Shown here: positions 19,630 through 29,300 of the stretch, one piece after another
Numbering within the stretch: the first letter of the stretch is position 1
Layout of the letters: every line of letters starts with the position of its first letter
Origin: a virus
Length of the DNA: 64,000 bases
Virus record (IMG/VR): IMGVR_UViG_3300047650_000023
Reading direction: 5' to 3' (one strand)
The notes under the pieces: model-generated
Database searches by the model: none
The model's input: only the letters and a program-made list of their open reading frames with translations
What the model was told of the DNA's origin: nothing
Program-made: the position numbers and the translations under genes

Positions 19630-20115
19630 ATGATAAAGGAAGTGATTATTTTGGCTGATATGACGTTTAGTAGTATTGAAGAATTAATGGCTGCAGCACA
19701 AATTGCTGTAAATAAAGGACTTAAAGTTGAAGTTGCTGAAGTCGTAAAGAATGTTGAGTCTCAACAAATTATAGATAAAGTTTTAAATGTATATGATCCG
19801 ATATCATATGATAGACGTACTTCTGGCGGTATAGATGATATACAAAACATTAATGGAAATTTAATTGGAGATTGTTTATTAGAAGTCACTAATAATACAC
19901 CTTTAAATGATGCTTATGGCATTAACAGAAGTGGAAACACTTTAAATGAGATTGTACTTAGCGGTGATGGGTATATGTTTGATTATGATTATGCATATAA
20001 TCAACCAAGAGACTATGTTACCGCAACTGAAGAAGAATTGGAAAGTACACAGGCTCATGTAATTGCTATGGCAGAGAGTTTGAAACGTCAAGGATTTAAT
20101 GTAGTAGTTGGATAA
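19630..20115 (+). CDS. putative tail-completion/neck-type structural protein (likely start ATG 19660)
   Basis: VLNVYDPISYDRR..GGI motif seen in SPbeta-like phages upstream of the TMP gene. Confidence 0.5.
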   Translation: MIKEVIILADMTFSSIEELMAAAQIAVNKGLKVEVAEVVKNVESQQIIDKVLNVYDPISYDRRTSGGIDDIQNINGNLIGDCLLEVTNNTPLNDAYGINRSGNTLNEIVLSGDGYMFDYDYAYNQPRDYVTATEEELESTQAHVIAMAESLKRQGFNVVVG

Positions 20116-20163
20116 CAGGATTAAACAATAAGAAAATATTTCTATTATTTTTGGTAAATAGTA

Positions 20164-20192
20164 TTGACAATGAACTTCTTTTGTCATATAAT
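20164..20192 (+). promoter_or_regulatory. sigmaA promoter with overlapping palindromic operator
   Basis: TTGACA-17-TATAAT. TGACAA (20165-70) / TTGTCA (20181-86) inverted repeat. Confidence 0.75.
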
Positions 20193-20216
20193 TGATTACA
20201 TAAAGGAGGTTATCAA

Positions 20217-20414
20217 ATGTCAGATGTCCGTAAGGTTTTTATTACTAAAGAAGTTTCTGATATACTTGATATGTCACCTGCTTATCTTATTCGAGTAGCA
20301 AGAGAATTAAATTTTTCTGATAGTGAATTTAGAGATGCTGGAAAACGAAATTATCTTTTTAGTGAAGAAGCTATTGAGAAACTTCGTCAGAAATTTAATA
20401 GTAATAAAAAATGA
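20217..20414 (+). CDS. small HTH (MerR/excisionase-like) DNA-binding protein
   Basis: FITKEVSDILDMSPAYLIRVAREL...RDAGKRNYLFSEEAIEKLR. Confidence 0.7.
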   Translation: MSDVRKVFITKEVSDILDMSPAYLIRVARELNFSDSEFRDAGKRNYLFSEEAIEKLRQKFNSNKK

Positions 20415-20485
20415 GAACAACCTCTCCCTACCAAAGTCAAGGTTGTTCCCATACATACAAACCAATACTATTTTCATAGTAGGTT
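20405..20485 (-). ncRNA. candidate antisense small RNA C
   Basis: Minus-strand TTGACA-17-TATAAT (20520-20492). Stem GAACAACCT/AGGTTGTTC (20415-20448) followed by T-run on minus strand. Confidence 0.5.
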
Positions 20486-20544
20486 AAATTTATTATAACC
20501 TTTATGAAGTAGTATGTCAAATACTATTTTATGGAGGTAGTTTT

Positions 20545-20766
20545 ATGTCAAAAATCGAAGATGTACGCATTCAAGTTGCAAATTCCCTACATAACGTTTT
20601 AGATGAATCTTTCTTTTTGTTCAATGAAAATTTAAACCAAAATCAATATCGAACTACTTGGATGAATCGTGATGGGACTAGATGTGTAGTTTGTCAAGTT
20701 GGTGATGTAGATATTGTCGAATGCCCTATTATCACAGTGATATTTTCTAATGTTTGTGTTGGTTGA
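20545..20766 (+). CDS. hypothetical protein
   Basis: GGAGG SD + ATG, 73 aa. Confidence 0.6.
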   Translation: MSKIEDVRIQVANSLHNVLDESFFLFNENLNQNQYRTTWMNRDGTRCVVCQVGDVDIVECPIITVIFSNVCVG

Positions 20767-20837
20767 TTGTTAGATTTGAGATGTTTGGGATGTTGCTTTT
20801 ATTTTAAATTTTTAATTTGAAGGAAGTATTATTATCT

Positions 20838-21296
20838 ATGAAAATTTATAACAATGAAAATCAAGTGGTATTCAACGGTAAATTTACTCCAGAGATGTTG
20901 GACTTAGAAAACATGATTGATCAAGGCGATTCATTACTGATACCAATTACCGACCCTAAAATTCAGTTACATACAAATGATTTGGCGTGGAGTTTTGCGG
21001 AAAGTCATGATTGGATAGCAACTGATGATAGTAAAGTTAAAGTTTATTTGTACATAGATTTAATTAAGGGTGACAAGACAATTATGATTGAAAGTTTTCC
21101 TTATTTACCCTGTGATCAAGACTTGAAAATTGAGTTAAATAGTTTTGATGATAAGAATGAACGCAACGGCATTAAAGCATATTATGAGGAAATTAAAGAC
21201 TATTTAAATGAACATACTTGTGGTGAATTTGATTGTGTAAAGGTTGAATTTAGCGAAAATGAATTGATTTGTTTAAATAGTATTTTAGATAGATAG
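20838..21296 (+). CDS. hypothetical acidic protein
   Basis: Track ORF 20817. AAGGAAG SD precedes ATG 20838. Confidence 0.6.
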   Translation: MKIYNNENQVVFNGKFTPEMLDLENMIDQGDSLLIPITDPKIQLHTNDLAWSFAESHDWIATDDSKVKVYLYIDLIKGDKTIMIESFPYLPCDQDLKIELNSFDDKNERNGIKAYYEEIKDYLNEHTCGEFDCVKVEFSENELICLNSILDR

Positions 21297-21359
21297 AATT
21301 TAGGTAAAGTCTTTGAATGTCAAATATCACTCCTGCATATAATAAGAAGTATTAAATGA

Positions 21360-21388
21360 TTGAAAATTGTATGTTGGAGTGATATAAT
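21360..21388 (+). promoter_or_regulatory. sigmaA promoter of PIN operon
   Basis: TTGAAA-17-TATAAT. Confidence 0.6.
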
Positions 21389-21440
21389 TATGGATAAGGA
21401 TAAATATGATAATATTATAAAATTTGATAGGAGAATAAAA

Positions 21441-21584
21441 ATGAATACAATTGTGGAAAGAGAACCTAAAACTTTAGATTGTTTATTACATGCTCGTAGT
21501 ATTATTCAAAAAACAATAAAAGATAAAGGATTAACCGAAAATGAAGTACGTAAATCTTTTGGTATAAAAAGGTATGAAAAATAA
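21441..21584 (+). CDS. small putative antitoxin (47 aa)
   Basis: AGGAG SD + ATG 21441. Overlaps the PIN gene start. Confidence 0.45.
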   Translation: MNTIVEREPKTLDCLLHARSIIQKTIKDKGLTENEVRKSFGIKRYEK

Positions 21585-22062
21585 ACCGACAGTTGTATTA
21601 GATACTAACGTATTTATTAATGGCTTATTTTATCCTAATGAATATATTTATTGTGATAAAATTATGAGCTATGTTATTAGTCAAAAAATAAGTTTATTCT
21701 TTGGTCAAGATACATTTGGAGAATTGATTTATTTAGTTAAACATTTTGCAAGATATAATATTGATAATGTTGACGAAAGAATAAACTTATTAAAAAACAT
21801 AGTGGAATTGTTTTATTATTCAATGTCTTATGATACTCGAAATATTAAAATACCTAAAATTAATGATTGTTATGATGAAATGTTCTTGAGATGTGCTATT
21901 AGAGGTAAAGTTAATTATTTGGTATCTGATGATTTAAAAAGTGGTTTACACAAAGTTAAAATAAATAAACTAAAAATTGTTACATCGGAAGAATTTTGTC
22001 AATTAGAGAATTTAGAAGCTGACGATATTAAACAAGAAATTGCTGTAATAGACGCTAGCTGA
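21574..22062 (+). CDS. PIN-domain (VapC-like, PIN_3-type) ribonuclease
   Basis: VVLDTNVFI, ELI, DEMFLRCA, YLVSDD acidic tetrad. Confidence 0.85.
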   Translation: MKNKPTVVLDTNVFINGLFYPNEYIYCDKIMSYVISQKISLFFGQDTFGELIYLVKHFARYNIDNVDERINLLKNIVELFYYSMSYDTRNIKIPKINDCYDEMFLRCAIRGKVNYLVSDDLKSGLHKVKINKLKIVTSEEFCQLENLEADDIKQEIAVIDAS

Positions 22063-22108
22063 AATTAGATTGGTTTTATTTTATATGATAAATTACAGTG
22101 CTAATAAT

Positions 22109-22175
22109 GAGCAAGGGATATCTGTATCTGATCAATACAAAGATAAGAGGTCTAATCTCTTCCTCTTCCCTGCTC
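22109..22175 (+). promoter_or_regulatory. structured three-stem RNA leader upstream of Zn-finger endonuclease
   Basis: GAGC(A)AGGGA/TCCCTGCTC closing stem enclosing TATCT-GTAT/ATAC-AGATA and AGAGG/CCTCT hairpins. Confidence 0.5.
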
Positions 22176-22228
22176 TTTATTATAGATTTTTTGTTTGGTT
22201 AGAGATTAAAATAAATTAAGAAAGAGGT

Positions 22229-24295
22229 TTGAAATTAAAAATGCGTGGAGAAAAAATAAGTTTTAAATGTGAAAATTGTGGAACAGATTGTGAAAGATTA
22301 TTAAGCCATTACAAAAGAACCAAAGATCACTTTTGTTCTAAAAAATGTGCATATGAGTTTAAAGAAAAGAATTGTTATACATATAATACGTGTAAATATT
22401 GTGGAAAACAATTTAAATTAAAACCTAGTAGAAATAAACAACAATACTGTTCTATGGATTGTAAAAACAAATGGCAATCTGAAAATGTAAGAGGAGAAAA
22501 TCATCCTTCTTATAGTAAAATAAAATATAATTGCGACTGTTGTGGAAAAGAAATCTTAATAAGTCCTTTTGATATAAAACATGCAATTAAACATTTTTGC
22601 GATGATAAATGTAAAAGAGAATATTTTAGTAAAAAACCGTCAAATATCAAAATCTGTAAAATATGTGGTCAAGAAAAACCAATCGAAGAATTTGCATCTC
22701 AATCAAATAAATGTTATGTTTGTCAATATTTAAATAAACATAGTGATTTAATTATATTACCAAATTGGACTTTGGATGAATATAAAATTATATTAGATAA
22801 TTTATATAATAAAAGAGTAAATTGTGTCAATGAAATTTTACCTATATTAAATAATAAATCATTAGATAATTTAGTTGATGTACTATACATATTGAAAATA
22901 ACACTTCAAAATTATTCAATTAGAATAAAAAGAAATTGTTTAAATTGTGGAAAAGAATTTTATTGCAATGTAAGTGAATATAAAAATGGAGTTGGTTTAT
23001 TTTGTTCTAAAGACTGTTCCTATAATAATCTACATCTTAATAATTGTGGCGAAAAGAATTCAAGGTGGAATAGAGTAAAATGTAATTGTGATTGGTGTGG
23101 AAAAGAATTTACTACAAAAAACTATCAGTATCAGAATAACGAACATAATTTTTGTTCTATGGATTGTAAACAAGAGTATTTTAAAAATGTGACAATCAAA
23201 ACAGATGAATGGAAGAATCAATTAAGAAATGTTGCGTTAAATAATTTACAGAATGGTGCTTGGAATACTGATACAGATATTCAGAAAATAATTAATGATT
23301 CATTAAGAAAAAATAATATTAATTTTGATAATGAAATAACATTTGGATATTATTCAGTTGATAATTATTTAAAAGATTATAATTTAATAATTGAATTACA
23401 AGGTGATTATTTTCATTGCAATGTTAATAAATATTCAATTATTAATTATGAAATGCAAGTGGATAGGATATATAGAGATAAAGCAAAACATTCTTATATT
23501 TTAAATAATTGTAATATCAATGTCTTATATTTATGGGAATATGATATAAAGAATAATTTAGATATTTGTGAAGCATTAATTAGTAGATATATTGAAAATA
23601 AAGGCGTTTTGAAAAATTATAATTCTTTTAATTATAGTTTTATAAATAATAAATTAAAATTAAATAAAACTATAATTAAATCTTATCAAGAGTGTAAAAA
23701 TACAGAAATATCAGATCATATTGATTTATCAATTAAAGAAAAACCAGAATTCTATATTCATTATTTATGTGAAAATTGTGGAGAAGAATGTAGTCAATTG
23801 ATTTCTAAGTATCAAAAACAAAATCATCATTTTTGTTCCAGAAAATGTTCAGGCGATTATAAGAAAATGATTGGTAGCAAAATTGTAAAATGTGATTATT
23901 GTGGCAAAGAAGTTAATAAGAAAAATTCAGAATTAATTAATCATGAAAATAATTTTTGTGGTAAAGAATGTTATGATAATTGGCAAAGAGATAATGGAAT
24001 TTGGATAGATGTCGTTTGTAATAATTGTGATGAACATTTTAAAATAAAAAAATGTAGTTACGAAAAAAATATTACTAAGACTTTTTATTGTTCGCAAAAA
24101 TGTTATAGAGAAAAAATAAAGCAAAAAAATATTATATGTAATTGTGAATACTGTGGAAAGGAAATAATAAAACCTGAAGTAAATTATAATAAAAATAAGC
24201 ATCACTTTTGTAATTTAAGTTGCGCTACAGCTTATAACAATAAACATAGAAAAGTTAAGGAATTAAATATAGATATAAATTTAGAGAGTGCTTAG
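22229..24295 (+). CDS. multi-zinc-finger protein with central Vsr-like PD-(D/E)XK endonuclease domain (homing-endonuclease-like)
   Basis: Many CxxCG..HFCSxxC repeats flank EITFGYYSVDNY..IIELQGDYFH..RIYRDKAK..VLYLWEYDI. Confidence 0.8.
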   Translation: MKLKMRGEKISFKCENCGTDCERLLSHYKRTKDHFCSKKCAYEFKEKNCYTYNTCKYCGKQFKLKPSRNKQQYCSMDCKNKWQSENVRGENHPSYSKIKYNCDCCGKEILISPFDIKHAIKHFCDDKCKREYFSKKPSNIKICKICGQEKPIEEFASQSNKCYVCQYLNKHSDLIILPNWTLDEYKIILDNLYNKRVNCVNEILPILNNKSLDNLVDVLYILKITLQNYSIRIKRNCLNCGKEFYCNVSEYKNGVGLFCSKDCSYNNLHLNNCGEKNSRWNRVKCNCDWCGKEFTTKNYQYQNNEHNFCSMDCKQEYFKNVTIKTDEWKNQLRNVALNNLQNGAWNTDTDIQKIINDSLRKNNINFDNEITFGYYSVDNYLKDYNLIIELQGDYFHCNVNKYSIINYEMQVDRIYRDKAKHSYILNNCNINVLYLWEYDIKNNLDICEALISRYIENKGVLKNYNSFNYSFINNKLKLNKTIIKSYQECKNTEISDHIDLSIKEKPEFYIHYLCENCGEECSQLISKYQKQNHHFCSRKCSGDYKKMIGSKIVKCDYCGKEVNKKNSELINHENNFCGKECYDNWQRDNGIWIDVVCNNCDEHFKIKKCSYEKNITKTFYCSQKCYREKIKQKNIICNCEYCGKEIIKPEVNYNKNKHHFCNLSCATAYNNKHRKVKELNIDINLESA

Positions 24296-24311
24296 TCGGC
24301 ACTCTCTTTTC
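24283..24311. terminator. bidirectional terminator
   Basis: AGAGAGTGC/GCACTCTCT + T-run between convergent genes. Confidence 0.7.
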
Positions 24312-24318
24312 TTATATA

Positions 24319-24684
24319 TCAAAACTTATTTTTACAGTTCAGACACACTCTATCAATCTTATTAGTTAAGAATCCAGTTAATAAAGACCATTTACGTGGA
24401 ACTGCTTGTATTTGGGTACTGCCACATTTCGGACAGTGTACTTGAGGTGGAGTTTGTTGTGTTTGAAATTGTGGATGATTTCTTTCCCACTGATTTCTTA
24501 AATAATCATTTTTATTTAATATTTTAGTTGAATCATTATTACATGAAGGACATTTAATAGATTCTTTAAGAATAAATGTTGTTGCATTTTCAGAAGATAA
24601 TAAACATTTATCCATATTAAAATGTTTATTACATTTTTCACATGTTACAAATAAATCAGTATCACGCTCTACATAACACATCAT
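24319..24684 (-). CDS. zinc-ribbon moron protein
   Basis: CEKC, CPSC, CPKCGSTQI..RKWSLLTGF..VCLNCKNKF. Own promoter. Confidence 0.7.
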   Translation of the reverse strand: MMCYVERDTDLFVTCEKCNKHFNMDKCLLSSENATTFILKESIKCPSCNNDSTKILNKNDYLRNQWERNHPQFQTQQTPPQVHCPKCGSTQIQAVPRKWSLLTGFLTNKIDRVCLNCKNKF

Positions 24685-24703
24685 ATTATATCACCTCAAA
24701 TTA

Positions 24704-24732
24704 ATTATATCTATTATTTTACATATTGTCAA
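24704..24732 (-). promoter_or_regulatory. sigmaA promoter of zinc-ribbon moron
   Basis: TTGACA-17-TATAAT on minus strand. Confidence 0.8.
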
Positions 24733-24786
24733 TACCAAATTTAAATAAATTAAATATTCCATAATCGAAAGGAGGAGTTTAAACAA

Positions 24787-25622
24787 ATGGGACAAATGTC
24801 AATTTTAATACAAGCTCTTATTGATCCTGCGTCAAGTTCAAAGTTTCAATCACAAATCCAAGAAATGGCTAAAAATGTTAATGCCGAAGTAAATATTCAA
24901 GTTAATACTTCTACAACGGATGCTACTATAGATCAATTCATCACAAGAACACAAAACAAAATTCAAAATCTCCAATCCAGAAATAACAAAATATTTGATG
25001 ATCCTGCTGTGCAAGCAGAAGTAACAAAAGTACAGGGAATGTTGGATTCTTTAAAGATGAATCCAGAGACATTTACTACAGCTAGTAAAGTTATTAATAC
25101 TGAGATGGATTCAACGAGAACTGCATTTAATTCAGTTTCTAGTGCATCCGAAAATTTTGGAAGTAGTTTAGTAGCTGACAGTCTGAAGTTCGGAATCTGG
25201 ATGATGGCAGCTTCAGCCCTCATGATCCCTCTCAACAGTATAAAAACCGGAATTTCCTCGATTATTTCCATGAATGATTCACTTACAATGACTGCTGAAG
25301 CCATGAATACTTCAGTGTCGAATTTAGGACAATTGGCTTCAGGTTCTCAGCAAATTGCGGAGAATATGGGATCAAATTTAAACGATGTTCTCGCAATCGC
25401 ACATGTATATGCAAACGTAAATGAAACTCAAGCGTCAATACTTGCTCAAACTAAAGCAACGGTTGAATTATCTAATATCAGCGGACTTGATGGAAATTCA
25501 GCCACAAACGCCATGCAAGCAATCGAGCAAGCTTGGAACATGGGTGCAGATCAATTACAACATGTAGATGATGTTATGGCAACAATCGCTAGTAATCTAA
25601 AGGAAAATTATCAAACTGCCAT
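24787..25622 (+). CDS. tail tape measure protein, exon 1
   Basis: AAAGGAGG SD. TP901-type TMP core (LKFGIWM..SMNDSLT..TVELSNISGLD..NAMQAIEQAW). Frame is interrupted after YQTAI. Confidence 0.85.
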
Positions 25623-25921
25623 AGATTTTTGTGGCATAGCGGCATAATACATAAACCGTTATTTAAATTCTTTCTAATTAATGGCGAAAGTCTAAACTCG
25701 TAAAAGAGCAAGGCAACGCTCAACAAGCAAGAAAGTGATTCTTTTTAGAATATCATTTTGTGCAGTTGCAACGACTGAATGAAAGAACTGTTCTTAGGAA
25801 TAGAAGCAACAGTCTGAACATCTATGGAAATCATAGAGAAGAATGGTCGGTATGAAATAATTACCTAAAGAAGAACCATTCTCGCCTATTAAATAAATAG
25901 GTCATAAAAGTAACAGAATTG
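25623..25921 (+). ncRNA. group I intron 1 (299 nt, ORF-less)
   Basis: P1 UGCCAU|AGAUUUUU-GUGGCA with U.G at splice site. P10 UUUUGU/ACAAAA. P3 UUCUUUC/GAAAGAA. GCAACGACU + AGUC P7 (25773-76/25811-14). Ends in G. Confidence 0.85.
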
Positions 25922-25977
25922 ACAAAATATCTCAAGTGCTACATCTGTAGCAGGTACAATGGCGCAACAAGCAGGAT
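25922..25977 (+). CDS. tape measure protein, 56-nt micro-exon 2
   Basis: Encodes (I)QNISSATSVAGTMAQQAG(L) and restores the TMP frame when both introns are removed. Confidence 0.85.
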
Positions 25978-26329
25978 TAACAAAATAGTCCCCTTATGTA
26001 GTAATACATATTGAATAAGTTGGTGAACTTATAAATATAAGGTGTACAATTAACGTTTTAGTCACTATAGGAAATGATAGTTAATAATTGTGCTAACAGG
26101 GAAAATCTAAATTAGAAATCATCTAAAATGATAATCCTGTGCCAAGCTTGAAAGGAAACTTTCTTGAAGGTGCAACGACTAGGATATACGACCTAAAGAG
26201 AAATCTATGGTTATGAAATCTATACTGTAAGAATGAAATGTCTTATGGAAAGTGCCAACCATTTGTTCTATGACAAATGATGATTTAGTCTACTCCCTAA
26301 TAAATATCAGGAAACTGAGGGTATAAAGG
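25978..26329 (+). ncRNA. group I intron 2 (352 nt, ORF-less)
   Basis: P1 GGAU|/GUCC with U.G. P2 UAUGUA-GUAA-UACAUA. P3 GUUGG/CCAAC. P4 ACAGG/CCUGU. GCAACGACU + AGUC P7 (26177-80/26287-90). P8 CAUUUGU/ACAAAUG. P9 CAG-GAAA-CUG. Ends in G. Confidence 0.85.
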
Positions 26330-29300
26330 TATCATTTGAACAATTCGCTTCAATTATCGGTGTCGTTTCAGAAAAAACAAGACTTTCGGGCGATACTTTG
26401 GCTAATTCCCTAAAAATGATCATGGCTCGTGTCGATCAAATAAAATCAGCACAAGATGCTACCGGAAGCACTGCGACAGATTCCAGTAACGCTGCAAAGG
26501 CTTTACAGTCAATCGGCGTGAGTGTGCTTGATGCGAATGGTCAACTTCGCAATATGCAGGATATTTTAGGTGATGTTGCCACAAAATGGGACACATTATC
26601 ATCAACAGAAAAATCATATATTTCATATATGGCAGCCGGAACTCGCCAATATTCAACCTTTGAAAGTCTCATTATGTCGTTTTCCAAGAGTCAGGATTTA
26701 GCAACACAGGCAACATATTCTAATGGCGAAGCACTCAAGGCACAATCTGTTTATTTAGAATCTACATCTGCAAAAATCAAAGAATTTCAAACTTCCGTAG
26801 CAATCATGTGGGATAATGCTATTTCATCTAATACTTTAGGTGATGTAGTACAATTTGCCAATCTTCTCGTTGACCACATTGTACCCACACTCGGTACAAT
26901 CCTCGGTTTAGTAATTGCTTTGAATAGTGCATCAATGGTCAATGGATTAGTCAAAATGGCAACTAATATTTCAACTGCATTTCAAAATGTGGGTAAAACT
27001 ATTAGTGGAACATTTACTAATGCTAATATAGACTCATACACAAATGCATTACAAAAATTAAAAGATGCACAAACAGCCTCAACAGTGGCACAAGAAACAG
27101 CTAATATTGCTCAACAAGACGCTACAGCAAAAGCCTATGCTTTACAAATGGCACAGAATGCCTTATCAACAAGTGAAGAAGATACTAATTTTGTTTCAGA
27201 ACAACAAATTGCTGTAACAGTAGCACAAGCCGCCGCGGATAACGCAGCAACAGAAGCAACAAATGCTGAGACTGCGGCAATTGAAGCACAAAAGGTCGCA
27301 TCTGCGGCATTAACCACTGTATTTACAGGATTTCTAGGAGTTATAGGGTTAATAGTTACAGCTGTAAGCATTGGTGGAAGTATAATAAGCGGTGTTAATC
27401 AAGTAACACAAGCAGCGGCGCGAGCAGCAACGGACGCAGCAACATCATATCAACAAGAATCAGACTCTCTTTCATCTTTAATTAGCCAATATGACCAAAT
27501 TGGCTCTAAAGTAAATCAGTCAGCCAACGATAAACAAACGCTTACTGGTATTCAACAAAGTCTTATAAGTAGCTATGGTGACGAAGCTAAATCCATAAAT
27601 CTTTTAAATGATTCATATGACACGTCAATACAAAAATTACAAGCATTGTCTAAAGCAGAAGCAGATAATTATTTAATACAAAATAAAAAATCTGTTGATA
27701 CAAGCGAAGATGAAGCAAATAATCCCACAACAAATTATTTTAGTCCTAGTATGTCTAAATCATCATATGCAGGAGCAGATTATAAAGAAAATTTAGGTGG
27801 TATTTTTGATAACGTAAGTAATGTTGATGTTGTAACTCGTGGTGATAGTAATAATTTAGTTGATCAAGTGGCTATTACAGGCGCACTTAATGAACGTGTA
27901 GCTGCTATGAAACAAATTCTTGAAAACGGAGATGAACTAGAACAAAAAACAGGTACTCAAACTAAAGAAGAAAAAGATTTTCTTGAAAGTATAAGTACCG
28001 AATACACTAAACTTCTAGCAGTACAGAAAACGGCACAAGAAAATGCTTCTATTAAACTTGCTTCAACTAATTCTACTGACATAGCTAATCTCAATGAACT
28101 TGCAACTGCGTATCAAAATGCTGTGAAATCTGGTAATACTTCTGACATAGATAAAGCACAAAAAAGTTTTGATGATCTTGCTACAAGTGTAAATAACGCA
28201 TTAAAAAAATCACCTGAATTAAAGGCAGTATGGGATGCTTTAGTTAATAGTTTGGGAGTAGGTGAAACATCCACTAAAAAAGCCACAACCTCTGCATCAG
28301 ATTCAATTCCAGTATATGATGCAATGGGTAATGCCTTAAATGATGCAGCGCAAGCGGCAGATTCCGCAGCAGGTAGTAGCAATACTATGGCTGATCAAAT
28401 TAAAAACGCTACATCTGCCGTATCTGATTTAAATGGTGCTTTACAAACAGTTCAAAGTGGACAATCACTAGATGCAACTACAGTAATGGGTTTAATTCAA
28501 ACATATCCTCAATTAATATCTGCTGTTAAACAAACTAAAGATGGATATACAATTGAAGCATCAGCTTTACAAACATTAATAAATGCTAAAAAAACTGAAG
28601 CAGAAACAGGTATCCAATCTGAAATAAGTAATGCTACTGCTACTATTAATGCAATAAATACACGTATTAAAGGATATAATGACGAAGAAAAAGCTATTCA
28701 ATCATTATCAAATGCACAACAATTACTTGCATTAAATAATTTAAAAAAAATGAATGGTGAGCAAATACTTTCTAATTTTGGTTCAATGGCTGCTTATGAG
28801 CAAGAAATAAAAAATCTTCAAACAGTTATAAATGATAGTGCCTCTGCTACAGCTAGTAAAGCAAATTTAGCAAATTTAAATGCACAATTAGCGAATATGA
28901 AGAAGTTGTTAAATGATATTGGTACATCGTCTGATACAAAAAGTACAGCTTCTGGTTCATCCTCTTCAACAACAGCTAAAGACGCATTTTCAACCAACCT
29001 TCAAAATATAGAAGATTCTGCCACCAACGGAAATATAACTTCACAACAGGAACTTCAGCAATTACAAACGCTTAAGCAACAGACAACTACTTCCGCAGAA
29101 AAGCTTGAAATTGATAAGCAAATAAAAACAGTAGCAACAGCAATAGCAGAAGGTGCATATCAAGACCAAGAAACACAAATTTCACATCTTAATGCAATGG
29201 GACAACTTTCTGATCAACAGTTGTTAAGTGAATATCAAACAGCTTTAAAACTCGCTACAACTACAGCGGAGTATGAAAAAGAGCAAGAAAATGTACTTGC

